A stretch of DNA of 63,880 bases, the filler included, from Reticulomyxa filosa (taxonomy: Eukaryota; Protista; Foraminifera), in NCBI GenBank assembly GCA_000512085.1. It is 21 parts of 21 records of this genome, joined end to end, with 100 filler letters (N's around TTAATTAATTAA, not from the genome) between each part and the next. Parts side by side here need not be neighbours in the genome. Positions count along the whole stretch, not along the records: positions 37,372 to 40,823 come from ASPP01016314.1; positions 40,924 to 42,622 come from ASPP01035454.1; positions 42,723 to 43,875 come from ASPP01043009.1; positions 43,976 to 47,546 come from ASPP01008377.1; positions 47,647 to 50,007 come from ASPP01004930.1; positions 50,108 to 53,003 come from ASPP01011663.1; 15 more parts are not named here. One strand, given 5' to 3'. The position numbers were made by a program, and so were the translations under genes. This document shows positions 37,995-51,050 of the stretch, in pieces. Below the pieces are notes generated by a model. That model was not told the DNA's origin. It made no database searches and saw only the letters and a list, made by a program, of their open reading frames with translations. Every line of letters starts with the position of its first letter. The stretch's first letter is position 1.

Positions 37995-40800
37995 CTATTG
38001 CGTTCCAACGTAAAGTTGATACTTTCGGACACAAAAAAAAAAAGCAAATAAACACAAAAACCAAATTTTTCCATTACGTTTTGAATCGGTTTTCTTGTGG
38101 CCGTATTTAGCCTTTCGCAAGACTGTCCCGTCTGTGGCTGACATCATGGAGGGCAACCCCCTTTTTTTTGTCGTTGGGTTCCCAGTGTTTACGACTTGAC
38201 GCTTGTTTTTACGCTTTAAATGTGGACCGTTTTCAGTTTCTTCGTTAAGATATTTTTTGGATAAAATTTTATGCTTTCGAGTTTTCATCGTGCGGTTATT
38301 GTTGCACTTTTCATGTTGTTTGTGTTCTCCGTTTTGTAAATTCCGTGGAAATGTATTCAAATACGTAGCTTCAGTCTCCTCAAATCTCTGTGCCTTTTTA
38401 AAATTTTTTTATTTCTTTCAGACAAGTAGTTATGGGTGTATCCATAAATCTTGACAAAAAAAATAACAACAATTGAATTTTGAAAAATCTTAACTGGCTG
38501 GTTCCATTCATCATTATTTAATAAATCCGTTGTGTATGCGTTGTGAGTTGAGTCAAATCTGGCCTCTTCTTCATTACCATTAATTAGAGGAAAGCGCTGC
38601 AGAAGCGCGTGCAAATTAATGAGCAGTTGCTTATCATCTTTTGCAAGAAATTGATTATTTTCTTTTTCATAATCACTTTTGCAAGTTTTTGGCCTGTGGC
38701 TGGTCTTGCCTGCACAAAAAACAAAACTAGTCCCTTTTTTTTTTTAAATGAGGAAAATAAATGAAAATTAAAAAAGGAATAAACTTGGGATATCAGAATT
38801 GATAGCATTTTTGTTATTTGGCTGTGTCGTTTGAAAAGCGACAGTAGTGGTAGTATTTGATTGAAGTAAGTCACTTTGACTGCATTGACGAGAAATTTGC
38901 GTGGCAACAGTAGTTTTGCTACTGGCATGCAAAGCAAGTTTGGAGCACTGTCTTTGCATGAAAGCATTAAACTGTTGTTGCAGTTCTTGAATATTTTGCA
39001 TCAGTTGTTTTTTTTCAGTATTCATGTCCTCACAAATGTGTTCCAATTGCTGGTTCAACTTGCGTTCACTTTTCAACTCCACCGTCAGCTGCTCTTTACT
39101 TTTTTGTGACTCCATTGTTTCACTCTAAATTAAAATGTGATTTTTTTTTATTTTTTTTTTGAGTCCCTCTTTTTTTTTTTTGTTATTTTTTTAAGTTATT
39201 TTAACTTGATGCTGTTGTATTTTGAGTTGTAATGAAGGAATTTGTTCTTGCAACACCATCACAGTAGCTTTTAAAGTTTTATTTTCAAGTGACAAACTTT
39301 CCAATTTTTGTTTCGTTTTTTCAAATTGTTTTTGAATTACGCGATAGTCGCTATGGTTATCATTTGTCTTGGCTGGCCCTTGTATGCCTTGCATAGAAAA
39401 TCGTTATCACGTATATATTGTACGTATACATAAATAAATAAATATATATATATATATATATGTGTACGTATAATGTATTTGTATGTATGGTGTGCATGAA
39501 AGCAAATTAGTAGTTGCCTTGTTTGGAAGAGCGATTTGAGGGTGTGTCTTGTGTGGAATTCGATTCGAGGAGACGTATACTTTGATGTTGGAGCAGCTGT
39601 TGTTGTAGCGACTCACTAGTTTGGATTTGTTGCTCCAGTCGCTTAAGCAAACGCTCCACCATGGCTTGGCTGGTGAGCTCTAGTTCTTTCAATCGATGAT
39701 TCTCTTGTCGCAGCGCGTGCATCTCTTTTTGGATCTTTTCCATCATTTTTTTAAATTCGTCGTTCGAATTCACACGCTCCAAATCTTCACGGTGACATGT
39801 GTTGGAGCGGTTCATTTTTTGTATTGCATCTCTATGTGTTCGTGCGTTTGTATCACATTACTCATTTTTCACTTTTCAAAAAAAAAAAAGTAATTACTTA
39901 TTTAATTAATTAATGCCCTTTTTAAAAAAATTTAAATTAGTTTGTTTTTTTTGCCTCTCTTTCTCTGTGCCAATGAACCTGAGCTCTTGCAATTGATGTG
40001 CCAACTCTTCGTTATCGCGTGCCAATTGTTCGTTGGCATATTGTAATGCTAGACATTGCTGGCGACTCTGCTCTTCCCGGCCTCTGCAATTATCGCACTC
40101 ATTGCGTTTATTTTCTAACAATGTCTTGCAAAGTTTGTGTGTGTGTGTGCACCAAGTGTAGTATACGTGTGGAATTTTCTTTCTTTTTTTTTTTGACATA
40201 TACATATATAAAAAGAATAAACTCAAACCTGCATTTGACTCAACTGTTCTTCGTGTGATGTCAACTGCTTTTGCCAATGGCGAGTATTTTCACTTAGCTC
40301 TTGCTCTTTCGTCTTTTGTGCACCAGCAACATTGCACGTATACACAATCACAAGTCAAAACATAACACAAATGAACATGTTTTTAAAATAATAATAATAA
40401 TAATAATAATATATATATTATATATATATATTTATTATTATTATTATTAGGTATTAGTAACATTGTTTAGAAGCAGTTAAAAAAAAAAAAAAAAGAAATA
40501 TTGGTGAGACAAGTAACATCAATTGCAATTTGAAGGAGGGCTATTTGATGTTGCAGTTTGTTATTTTCGACTTTTGTTTCTTCTAAACTCGCTTTGGATT
40601 GCGAGAGTTCATCTCGTAGTCGTTCCTTTACTTTCAAGTCGATCTTTTCCTTGTTGGTCGCCAAAAGGTCCGCCGCTGCCTTTTGTGCCAGCATCGCCTC
40701 TTTCACCTGGAGGTGATTCTGCAAGTCTGCTATTGTATTCTCATACTTTACCTGCATCGCGTCCCATCGTTTTCTATCTTCCAGCCATTGTTCAATCAGC
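37995..40800 (-). CDS. Multi-exon coiled-coil protein, unknown (5'-truncated)
   Basis: A series of E/Q/K/L-rich heptad exons separated by GT-AG introns. Confidence 0.75.
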
Positions 40801-40923
40801 TATGTTTTTTTTTTTTTTTTTTTNNNNNNNNNNNNNNNNNNNNNNNNNNNNNNNNNNNNNNNNNNNNTTAATTAATTAANNNNNNNNNNNNNNNNNNNNN
40901 NNNNNNNNNNNNNNNNNNNNNNN

Positions 40924-41820
40924 TGTCCTTTGGCTAGAGCTTCTTTCACTACGAATTTGTACAAACAGTCTAAATAGAAAGGATCATTACAATATTTTTT
41001 GTTGATTGAAATATTCAACAAAAAAATTACAAATAATAACTAATTAAAAAAAATTATTTCATTTCAATCAAAAAAAAAAAAAATAAAAAGGAGCTTCGTA
41101 ATATATACCAACGGAAACGTTAAGTGACAGCTGCCTCCGGGAATCGTCTTCGGATCGTCGGGGTCAAAGTACAATAGGTAGTTGCTCATGGTTCAATATC
41201 CCTTTCGAACATAAGTCGTTGCAAGTGCTGGCGATACATACATATTGTCGACAGTAATGCGAAGCTGGACATGTGATCGCCCGGAAACGACTCGCAATGC
41301 AGGTGCTAGTCTTTGAATTTATTACATATACATATCTCTTTCGTAATGGATTCGGTTTAAATTGATCAATTGTTTCCTCATTTCCTTCTTCTTCATCATT
41401 GTCGTCGTCATTGTCATTGTTGTTGTCATCACTGTCACTGATATTCACATTATTCCCTTGCTTTGTTTCGCTCCGCTGCTGCTCTGGATCTATCTCCATC
41501 TGAACTTGCTGTTCTACTCCTACTCCTAGTCCTTCTTTTGTTTTTTTCCACTTTTTCTTCGTTCGTCTCTCCATCTTCTGGCACTGGAGTTGACGCCTTT
41601 TCTTTTGCTTTTGATACACTCCTTTTTATTTTTATTTTGTATATGCATGTCATTCATGTATAATTTTTTTTTTTTTCTCCTGCACTAAAATGAGTCTGTC
41701 TCTAACTGTTACATACGGTATTTCGTTGTTGTGACATGCATCGAGTTCTCTCAAAACCTCATTGTTCGCATTAATATCTTTTGATTGGGGAGTGACAAGA
41801 AACAATTGATGGTCCTGCAT
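40924..41820 (-). CDS. Unknown multi-exon protein, 5' part (frame-disrupted)
   Basis: Starts MQDHQLFLV, followed by RS-rich and acidic segments. One in-frame TGA is present. Confidence 0.4.
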
Positions 41821-42367
41821 TAGAATGGGAGTCTAGTTTTTTTTTAAAGTACACAATTTTTTTTTTTTTAGCTCTTTTTAACAAAAAAGTTAGTTACACT
41901 ATTGCAATTGTAATTAAAATAGGATACAATAGTTGTTTTTTACTTTGTCCACAAAAATAAATATCTCTAAAAAATGCTGTTCATACATTGTTCGCTTTTC
42001 CATATACAATAATTTACCCTAACTTATTATCGTGTTGCATGTATTTATTTACATAACAAGAAAACTAATTTTTTAATACTTTGATCTGTCTTACAAAAGA
42101 AAAAGTATGTCTTTTTTTTTCCCTTTTTTAATCTCATCTCATTTCTCTATAAGCTTTTTTCAAAGTTTGTGTTAGAAAGTTAAAATGGTACAAGATCCAG
42201 AAAAGAATTTTGATGGAAAAACCATGCTTTTTCAAAGTCCCGTTCAATGAAAGAAGCAACTTTTGGCCGCAAAGAAATTGATTGTAAGAAAAAGATAGAG
42301 AGAGAATCAATAATACATAAACACCTCCCATCACTCATTGTGTGGTATTCACATTAAAAAAAAATAA

Positions 42368-42590
<223 letters not shown>

Positions 42591-42722
42591 GGGTTACGTG
42601 TACTTTCATTGCACTTTTTTTTNNNNNNNNNNNNNNNNNNNNNNNNNNNNNNNNNNNNNNNNNNNNTTAATTAATTAANNNNNNNNNNNNNNNNNNNNNN
42701 NNNNNNNNNNNNNNNNNNNNNN

Positions 42723-42840
42723 AAAGAAAATACTTTCAAAGAAATTTTTTATTAACTAGTAAAATTTTTTTTTATCGTGATAAAAAATTTTTTTTACTAG
42801 TCAGATATCTGATATTGCGATTTTGCGCGAATCAGATATA
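42723..42840 (+). repeat. 118-bp inverted repeat, left copy
   Basis: Exact reverse complement of 43758-43875, compared base by base. Confidence 0.97.
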
Positions 42841-43109
42841 ATTGCTGCTAATGTTTTCCCAAATATCTTCAAAGTTGGATGGGGAATTACTGAACCGACG
42901 ATACCCCCTACCCAATAAACTGCAACAGATAAGTTGCCAAAAAAGGAAATAACAAAATGGTTGAAGACACAATCAATTGTACAATATTCAATTACAATAA
43001 TTTATTACAAAAAAAAATTTTGTTCTTAATTTTCTTGGCTTTTTTGAAGTTTCTTGACGATCAGAATTTCTATGACCATTGAACCGACTATCTGATGCGC
43101 CTGTGATAC

Positions 43110-43490
43110 AACTCTTGTCTTCGTCGTAATTCAAGAGGAGGAAGTTGGGAAATTACATTGACTGTGTCATAAGCGGTCTGATTCATTACACCAATCGTCT
43201 CTGCTGCACCATTCCAAAATGCTGATGCTTACGAGACTAGGACGAATGACGGTCTTATATAATAGATTATACGTGGATAAACTTGTGAATCGTTTTAGTC
43301 ATCTTAGTGACAATTCATATGTGTTATGCCACGATTGGAATCCTGCTTGTGTTTGATGTAATAATTGACTATCATTCAACTTATCCTTTCCATCATTTGC
43401 CAACACTTGATAATAATGCAATCGGCTATGATCTCTGTCAGGCTTGTGAATATGCACAATTTTTGCCTTTTTCCATGCAATATGCACATC
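43110..43490 (-). mobile_element. Heavily deleted non-LTR retrotransposon reverse transcriptase remnant
   Basis: Collinear pieces WKKAKIVHIHKPDRDHS, IALLSSVGK/MERI, QAGFQSWHNT, YKTVIRPSL, ASAFWNGA and GVMNQTAYDTVNVISQLPPLELRR. Confidence 0.85.
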
Positions 43491-43757
43491 AATAAAATCA
43501 TCACTCAATTCCAATGGTTTAGATATCGCTTCAATCATTTCGTAATGTCTTTCAGCATTTCTTTTTTTTTATAGCAACGGTTGTAAAAACAAATCGGCTC
43601 TTCCCTGTGGAATGGACAGGGGAATTACAGGAGCAATGTTAATGCTAACCGAATCCTCTGAGCATTGTTTTCGAAGTCACTTTTGTTCGACATTCTTTCT
43701 TGTTAATATTATTTTGTTTCGACTGTCCATTTTGAGTGTTTCGTTTGTTATCTTGTA

Positions 43758-43875
43758 TATATCTGATTCGCGCAAAATCGCAATATCAGATATCTGACTA
43801 GTAAAAAAAATTTTTTATCACGATAAAAAAAAATTTTACTAGTTAATAAAAAATTTCTTTGAAAGTATTTTCTTT
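43758..43875 (-). repeat. 118-bp inverted repeat, right copy
   Basis: Exact reverse complement of 42723-42840. Confidence 0.97.
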
Positions 43876-44003
43876 NNNNNNNNNNNNNNNNNNNNNNNNN
43901 NNNNNNNNNNNNNNNNNNNTTAATTAATTAANNNNNNNNNNNNNNNNNNNNNNNNNNNNNNNNNNNNNNNNNNNNAAAACAAAACAAAACAAAACAAAAT
44001 AAA

Positions 44004-45424
44004 ATGTCACAGGATAAAGCAGATGTGAATGGCGCAATGCATACTGCAAACAATGATGCTGGCGCAGTGGCTAAGAAAATCGATGAAGAAAAAAACAAAC
44101 GCAAAGACTCACTTGCGACACTGAACAACAATGCGGCGGACAATCATACCACAAACTTGTCAACGGGGAGTTTGTTCAGCGAACCTCCGGCTTTTTTTAA
44201 CGCCACTGAAGGTTGGAATGTGTGTAAAAGACTTATAATGTATTTGTACATATTTGATATGCATATGTCGTTTATGCATATACTGATTTTAGTTTTTTGA
44301 TGTGTTTATGAAAATGGAAAATTTTTTTTTTTTTTTTTGTGTGAAACAGAAAAAGTGTCCGAATTGATGGAACAATTGGAAGATTTGCAAGAAGAGTTTC
44401 AAGACTTAAAAAACTCACATAGCGCGCTGGAAGCGGAAAGAGATGAGTTGAAGAGCCAGTTGGACCAGGCGAACGATCGTGGACATGCGTTTGAATCGAA
44501 GTGGAACGAGTTGAACAAGATAGTCCAAGAGTCCGTTCGAATGAAAGAGGAAATGGAAAAAAAAATGAAGGCGATGGAACTCGAAAATGAGGAGATATCC
44601 AGACAATTGAATGAGTATGAGACTCTAAATTTTCAACTAAAAAATGAGACACAACAAAAAGGCTACGAAATCGAGTCTTTGCTGAAAGAGATCAAATTGG
44701 TCAAACGCAAAACACGACACAAGCATGCCAGCAATCATGACAGCAATGATGATTCCAATGCAAACGAAAGCAGTGATGAAGTCATTGAGGACATCAAATT
44801 GACCAATGAGCCTGAGAAAGATGCCGGCCAAAAAAATGATGCCAAACAACACGATAAGAAAATAAGATATATTACCGAAGTCCAAGTGAAGGCTCTTCAA
44901 GATGAATGGACAAACAAATTGAATAAAAAAGACAATGAAATAAAAAGTTTGAAAAAAAAATGTGCCAAGTATGTACAACAAAACGAAATGAATCGAAGCT
45001 TGCGTGAGGACTGGAAAGTTCAATTGGAAGAAATGAAAAAAGGGTTTTGTTGCAACAAAAGATAATGGAAACTGAAAAAGATCGTCATACAAAAGAGATT
45101 TATGAACGCGATTTGGAAATTGTACGGCTGAAACAATTAGTGGCTATGTTTACTCGCCAAAACTTAAAAAATTATCACAAAGTACATCAAAATAATCCCC
45201 ATCAGGGAAACGCTCATGACAACGCTTCTGTTGTCCGTGCTCCTCTCATCATTCGAGGAGGACAACGCAAAAGAGAGGAAAATGTGTTGCGACAAATGAA
45301 TATTGACCCTACTCAGGTAGAGACGGCTCAAATCAATGAAGAATTTGCCCGTTATGAAAATAATGATAACAACAAAGTGTCTGAAGAATCTCAAGTTAGT
45401 GATTCTAAAACTGATTTGGAATGA
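44004..45424 (+). CDS. Coiled-coil protein, unknown
   Basis: Long E/K/L-rich heptads, one intron at about 44212-44349, and a frameshift in homopolymers at about 45040. Confidence 0.75.
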
Positions 45425-46084
45425 TACTATTTCTTTATTTTTTGCTTAATATTTGTTGGATTTTCTTGTTTTGTTTTGTCATATTCCTTGATCAAATTTT
45501 CAAGCACTTCATTTCTGATCAATGTTCTCTTGTTTATTTGTGAGTGTGAAACCACAAAAACTTAATTGATGAGGATTTCATGATGATTTACTCATTTTTT
45601 TTGTTTTTGAAATAGTTTTGGGTTTTTTGTGATAGTCAAACCCAACAAACTTGGTGTTGATATTTTTCTTTCTCAAACCTTATCATAACTATTCGAATTA
45701 GCTTTCTTTCAAGTCCAAAAACATCAATCCTCCTATCCAAAGAGATAATATTTAGTAAGTTTAAAGGTAGCTAATAGCAATTCAACTTCAAAAGTTTTTG
45801 AGTGAAAGACTCCAAGTTTTCCCTGAAGTTATGACCAGCCAGTGAAGCATGCACTAGATTTAATTGGGAAAACATTACCAGATTTCTGCTGGGCCATCAG
45901 ATAAAGAAACAAGAAAATTGACTACTAACGGTAATTCGATTTTAATTCTCGAACGTTTTACTCAAATACAACTTTGAAACAGTAAATTCTTTCAAGTTAT
46001 CAAACCCATCGACAGAAAAGAGTCACAATAAAATTTTGCAAAAACATTCAAATTTGCACAAGGTTAAAGAATGCTAACTGGGCG

Positions 46085-47546
46085 TTATGTGGACTCTCGT
46101 TGACGTAGCCAATTTAACAAAAGGGCGTAATTAATAAAATCTACTCTCTCTTCTGGTTCGCGTGACATCGTCTGTTGGTTTTGATCGACCAAAGCAATCA
46201 ACTCACTCTCTCTGCTTTTAGGCTGTGTTGCAGAATCACCAGTTGGCTTGTTATTGTCATCTTGTTTAGTATCTTCATCCAATGGAAATGTGTCATCTTC
46301 TGAAGATGAATCTGCTGTTTCGCTTTGTAAATGATTCTGGTAATGGGTGCGATATTCATCAGAATGTATTGTTTTAACTTTGGTGTTTTCTACTCGTTCG
46401 TTATGCTCACAAGCCTTGTCTTTGGCTGAGGAAGTCAATTGTCCTGGAGCGACTCGATTTGGAGTCCACATTTTGACAGTAGCATCAATGCCACTCATTG
46501 CCAGCACTGGAAAGAAGGGATGTCCTCGCACACAATTAACGACACGCTCGTCAACCCCGGGTAAAATATTAACGAGTTTGCCAGTGCTTCTTTCCCAAAT
46601 GTAACACCGTCCATCGTCACTGCCACTGCACAAATACTCACCAAACCGACCAAAAAATGCTGCTTCTTTGATATCAGTTTTTAAATTACAATGGCCAATA
46701 TAGCGATTGTACATTTTATATTTGCTGGTATAATTATCGGTACAAGAGTGATGCTTAGACGAATCCTTATCACTCGCATTTTTCTCAGTCATTAGCACAT
46801 CATTATCCTTGTCCTTTTCTTTATCATTTTCTTCGGTTCGTTTTTTTGGCGCTGTTGCTTTGTTTTTCTTTTGTTCTTGTAAAATTGTGTCGTACAATTT
46901 TTGGATTTCTTTGTATTGTGGAAACAGACGCAGCGCCCTCTTACACCAATAGATACTGTCAGAATAGTTCTTCAAGCCATGCAGACATCTTATGTTCCAA
47001 TAATATGCCTTCACATGATTTGGGTTGTAACGGATTGCAGACTCGCAATCCTCGGACGCTGCCGCCAAATCGTTGTGATACTTACGAAAGAATAAACACA
47101 TTGCTCGATTGGTGTATAATATATCAAATCCATTGGAAGCGCCATTCGATTCAGTTTTCATCTCATCACTTTCTACACTTTCATTTATGGCCACCGTGTA
47201 GTAATTGATCGCCTTTCTCCCCCCCCCCAAAAAAAAATAAACACAAATTCAGAATGTGGCCCTTTCTTTTTTTTTTTTTTAAAAAAAAAACAGTATAATA
47301 TAAAGATAATATGTTGTATCAATCAATTAATTACAAACTTTAGTATAGTTTTTTTGTTTGAATGCCTCATTTCCAAGGTTTTTCAACCGATCGATCCTTA
47401 ATCTTCTCAAATCACGATAGTCGAAAGGAGTAGTATCATAATATTTTGTGTCAGCACGGTCGACGAACGGAGCAGCTTTGAGTTGTTTGGAGACTCCGTA
47501 GTCCCTTGTGTTAAATACATAAGCATGTTCGGCATGATACGTCACG
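46085..47546 (-). CDS. WDTC1: WD40 plus TPR protein of the WDTC1/Adp (DCAF9) type, 3' part
   Basis: YHAEHAYVF, three TPRs (GNEAFKQKNY, LYTNRA, KAYY), then YIGHCNLKTDIKEAAFFG..SGSDDG..IW..VVNCV..HP..SGID.TVK.W.P. Confidence 0.85.
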
Positions 47547-47646
47547 NNNNNNNNNNNNNNNNNNNNNNNNNNNNNNNNNNNNNNNNNNNNTTAATTAATT
47601 AANNNNNNNNNNNNNNNNNNNNNNNNNNNNNNNNNNNNNNNNNNNN

Positions 47647-50007
47647 TTTTTTTGCAAAGCTGTTCCAACACATTTTGAAATGTGACCATATTTGACGTGA
47701 TTTTTCTCTGTCGTCATCAAGAGCATTCAATACATCTTCGATTGTCTTATTGCATCCCTCAGTCGAGGAAATTTTAAGACAAAAGCGTACATAGACACGT
47801 TTTAGCCATTGTCCAATCCAAGTCAAATATTGCACACTCCACAATAATTCATGCGAGAACAACACAAGAGATAACAATGGATACTTGGTTTTCAGTGTTC
47901 TGTCGTTGTTCAAACTCTGAGCCAAGTCTTCCCAAGTCATGAATCTGGTTGTCAAAAATAAATTTGGCGCATATGATACACCAAGCATCTTTTTTTCTTG
48001 GATTTCAGATTGAAGCTCTTTTTCCTTTTCACTTTCGCCTCTGCTTTTGCTTGCATTTCGAATTTCATTCCATTTTTTTTGTTGCCGAAAAATGTTCTAT
48101 ATCGTGCGTCCATGTTCATTTCAAGTGTATACATTTCTTTCACATCTTTCACGTTGAATAATCCCTTTGGATAAGTGTCATTGAACCATTTACCAAAATC
48201 TTGTAATAAGAAATGTAACGCAATTGCCAATTGTTCTTCATTGAGTCTGGTGATTTGACATAGCAAATGAAAATTACCTTTTGCCTGCCTCCATAAGAAG
48301 TCTGTCACCTCTTGCTTGCTGCCTTTGTTTAGCAATTTTTGGAGATGGACACAGCCCTTGGCAATGCCAAAGTCTCGCAAAAGCAATGGCAAATGTATTA
48401 AAAAGCGCAATAATGTGCATGTAACTCTTTCTAAATAACGAGCCTGCATGTTTACTTCAAATCTCCAAAACGTGTCCGGTATCGAATGTTCTTCCGGTGA
48501 ATCATCCAATTGATATCTGTCCAAAAAAAAAAAAAAGCATGTGATATATATATGTATGTATACGTATATTATGTATAATTTTAAACAGTTGTTTTTTTTT
48601 TTTGTACCCTTGAAGAATGTCTTTCTGTTGACGTCTTATGTTCTTTTCATCGTGATCACACAAAGTGCCAACAACTTCGCCACAACCATCTGTCGCACAA
48701 ACCACTTGTTTCGTTGGATATCCACGCTCACCAACAAAAAATGGATGGCCATTTTTGCACCAAAGGACGGTGAGCGAGGTCGTATCTGAATCTGAATCGG
48801 ACAAGGCACGACGAATCTTGGACAGCGAGTCTTCGGGCATGCTTGGGATGTAGCCCTTAAAAAACGCTTCTGGACTGAGCATTAGCATTTTGAATGGGTT
48901 ATCTGTTTTTTAATATAAGAATAGACTTATTTTGAAAAATATATTTCTTATTTTTTGATTTTTTTTTTTTTAAGTCAGTTGCATGTAAGAAGGAATCCTA
49001 ATTTATTAACTGTTCATAGTTTGTTGTATTCCCAGAAAATGAATACACAACTTGCCAATAGCGGAGTGAGTAGAACTCTTCATCAGAGCTTGATGCCACA
49101 GTGTGAGTTGCGAAGAAGTAAGGACTCTCCAAAAGCTTTGCTCCACATCGGTATTGAAAACGTTACATTCCGACACATAGGATTGCAATTCTAATCATTC
49201 CACAATTGTTTGCAAACATTTTTCAATTCAGGAGATATACATATATACATATGTATATGTATATGTATTTTACAAATATAGTAATGTTAACTGATCAAAA
49301 AAGCATCATCAAATTGTATTACAGACTCGATATTTGACGATACAGCGGCCAACAACGGTGTGCAATCTTGTTTGCCACTGCACTTTGTGTCAATACCGTC
49401 TTTCTTCAAAATTGAAGTAATTTGTTTTCGGAACTGATAGATGTTGCCATACACTCCAATGAATGGATCAAAGGAGCAAAAAAGTGGAGCCCGAAAATTA
49501 AGTTTCGAGAAAACCGCACTCAAATCCTTTTTTTCAAAGATTGGGAATTTTGATCGAATATGTTTGTGTGTGATCAGTATTTGAGTCCAGTCCATGCCCT
49601 TCAATTGGTACAATTGTTTCAAAAACCAAATATGTAAACTGTACTCTAAATGTTTGTCTTCATTGGCAAATTGTGACAAAAGGGATACACATTCGCCAAG
49701 TCTCTTAAATAATTCATTATTTCCTTTGAAATCCATCAAATCCACATTTGCAGCAATCCAATAAGTATGTTTGGTCAAAAGTGCTTTGAGTTTGGAGATC
49801 TTTTCGATGACTCTGTTATTTTCGAGCATATTGACATTCAAGTCGACAGTAGTTGTTGAATCCAAGTAAATCCGTTCCAATACGCGATTCAACAGCAAAG
49901 CCTCTGGACTATCCAAATCCATCGTCTTGTCTATCCATTGATTTCGAGCCATTTCCTCCAATTGTTGCAGCTTCACCATTGCAATTCCATTTGATGTTAT
50001 TGCTGTC
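47647..50007 (-). CDS. RNF213/mysterin-like E3 module with RZ-type zinc finger (internal fragment)
   Basis: YIPSMPED, CKNGHPFFVGERGYP....C....C...G....H, LLRFLIHLPLLL, FLW..L..L..L.EE....LH..L, YPLL and F..CWN, all collinear with the RNF213 C-terminus as recalled. Confidence 0.85.
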
Positions 50008-50175
50008 NNNNNNNNNNNNNNNNNNNNNNNNNNNNNNNNNNNNNNNNNNNNTTAATTAATTAANNNNNNNNNNNNNNNNNNNNNNNNNNNNNNNNNNNNN
50101 NNNNNNNGAAAAAAAAAGAAAAAAAAAAAAAAAAAAGAGGGGGAGAGATTTCTTTTTTTTTTTAAAAAAAAAAAG

Positions 50176-51050
50176 GGCCAAGGGGTATTTATGGCGAAGA
50201 CAGAAGCAGAACTACAAACGTACTGTGACATGTTGGAAGCGGTTTCACCCAATGCTCGTATGATATTTCAAGAATGCATTACAACATCTTTGGGGAGAGA
50301 CTTACGAGTACTTGTGGTTGGTGGAAAGGTTATCGGCGGTATGCTTCGATGCAATGACAAAGATTTTCGGGCCAATATTCATCGTGGTGCACAAGGTATT
50401 GTTTTGTTTTTTAATGTGCATAGGCTTTTTTTTTGATAGAAAAGGATGACAAAGAAAAAAAGGGGGAGGGAAGGAAAGCAAAAAAAAAAAAAAAAAAATT
50501 TCTTTCGTTTTTTTTTAAAAAATAAATGTCGAAAAGAAGGGGAGAAAAAAAAAAAATTATGTTTTTGAATAAATAAACAAATAAATAACAATGACAATGA
50601 CAATGTGTAGGAACCCTATACAAATTACCAACAACGGCAGAATATTTGGCATTGTCCGCCACAAAAGTCCTTGGGTTAGATATAGCCGGAGTGGATCTAT
50701 TATTTGATGATGAACAAGGAACGAAATTCCGAATCTGTGAAGTAAATTCATCTCCTGGATTTGAGGGATTTGAAAAAGCTACTGGCGCAAATGTCCCAGA
50801 ATATTTGCTTTCTTATGTATGCTTAAAATGTAATATTCCTCCTGAATTTTTGGCCGAATTAAGCATGCGAAAGGCTATGTCCATGTCCTCGACAATTCCA
50901 GAGACTTCTCAAATCGACAGTCCCTTCACCGAAAATAATCATCAAGGCTCTGGCGAAAACAGACAAACTGATGATAAACAAGACATTGAACATGAAAATC
51001 ATTCTAAACAAAATACGAACGAAAATAATAACATGGTGCTTATTGATTAA
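50176..51050 (+). CDS. RimK-family ATP-grasp ligase (RIMKL-like), 3' part
   Basis: GQGVF, QECI...GRDLRVLVVGG, FRANIHRG, LGLDIAGVDLL and CEVNSSPGFEG. Intron at 50396-50610. Confidence 0.93.
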
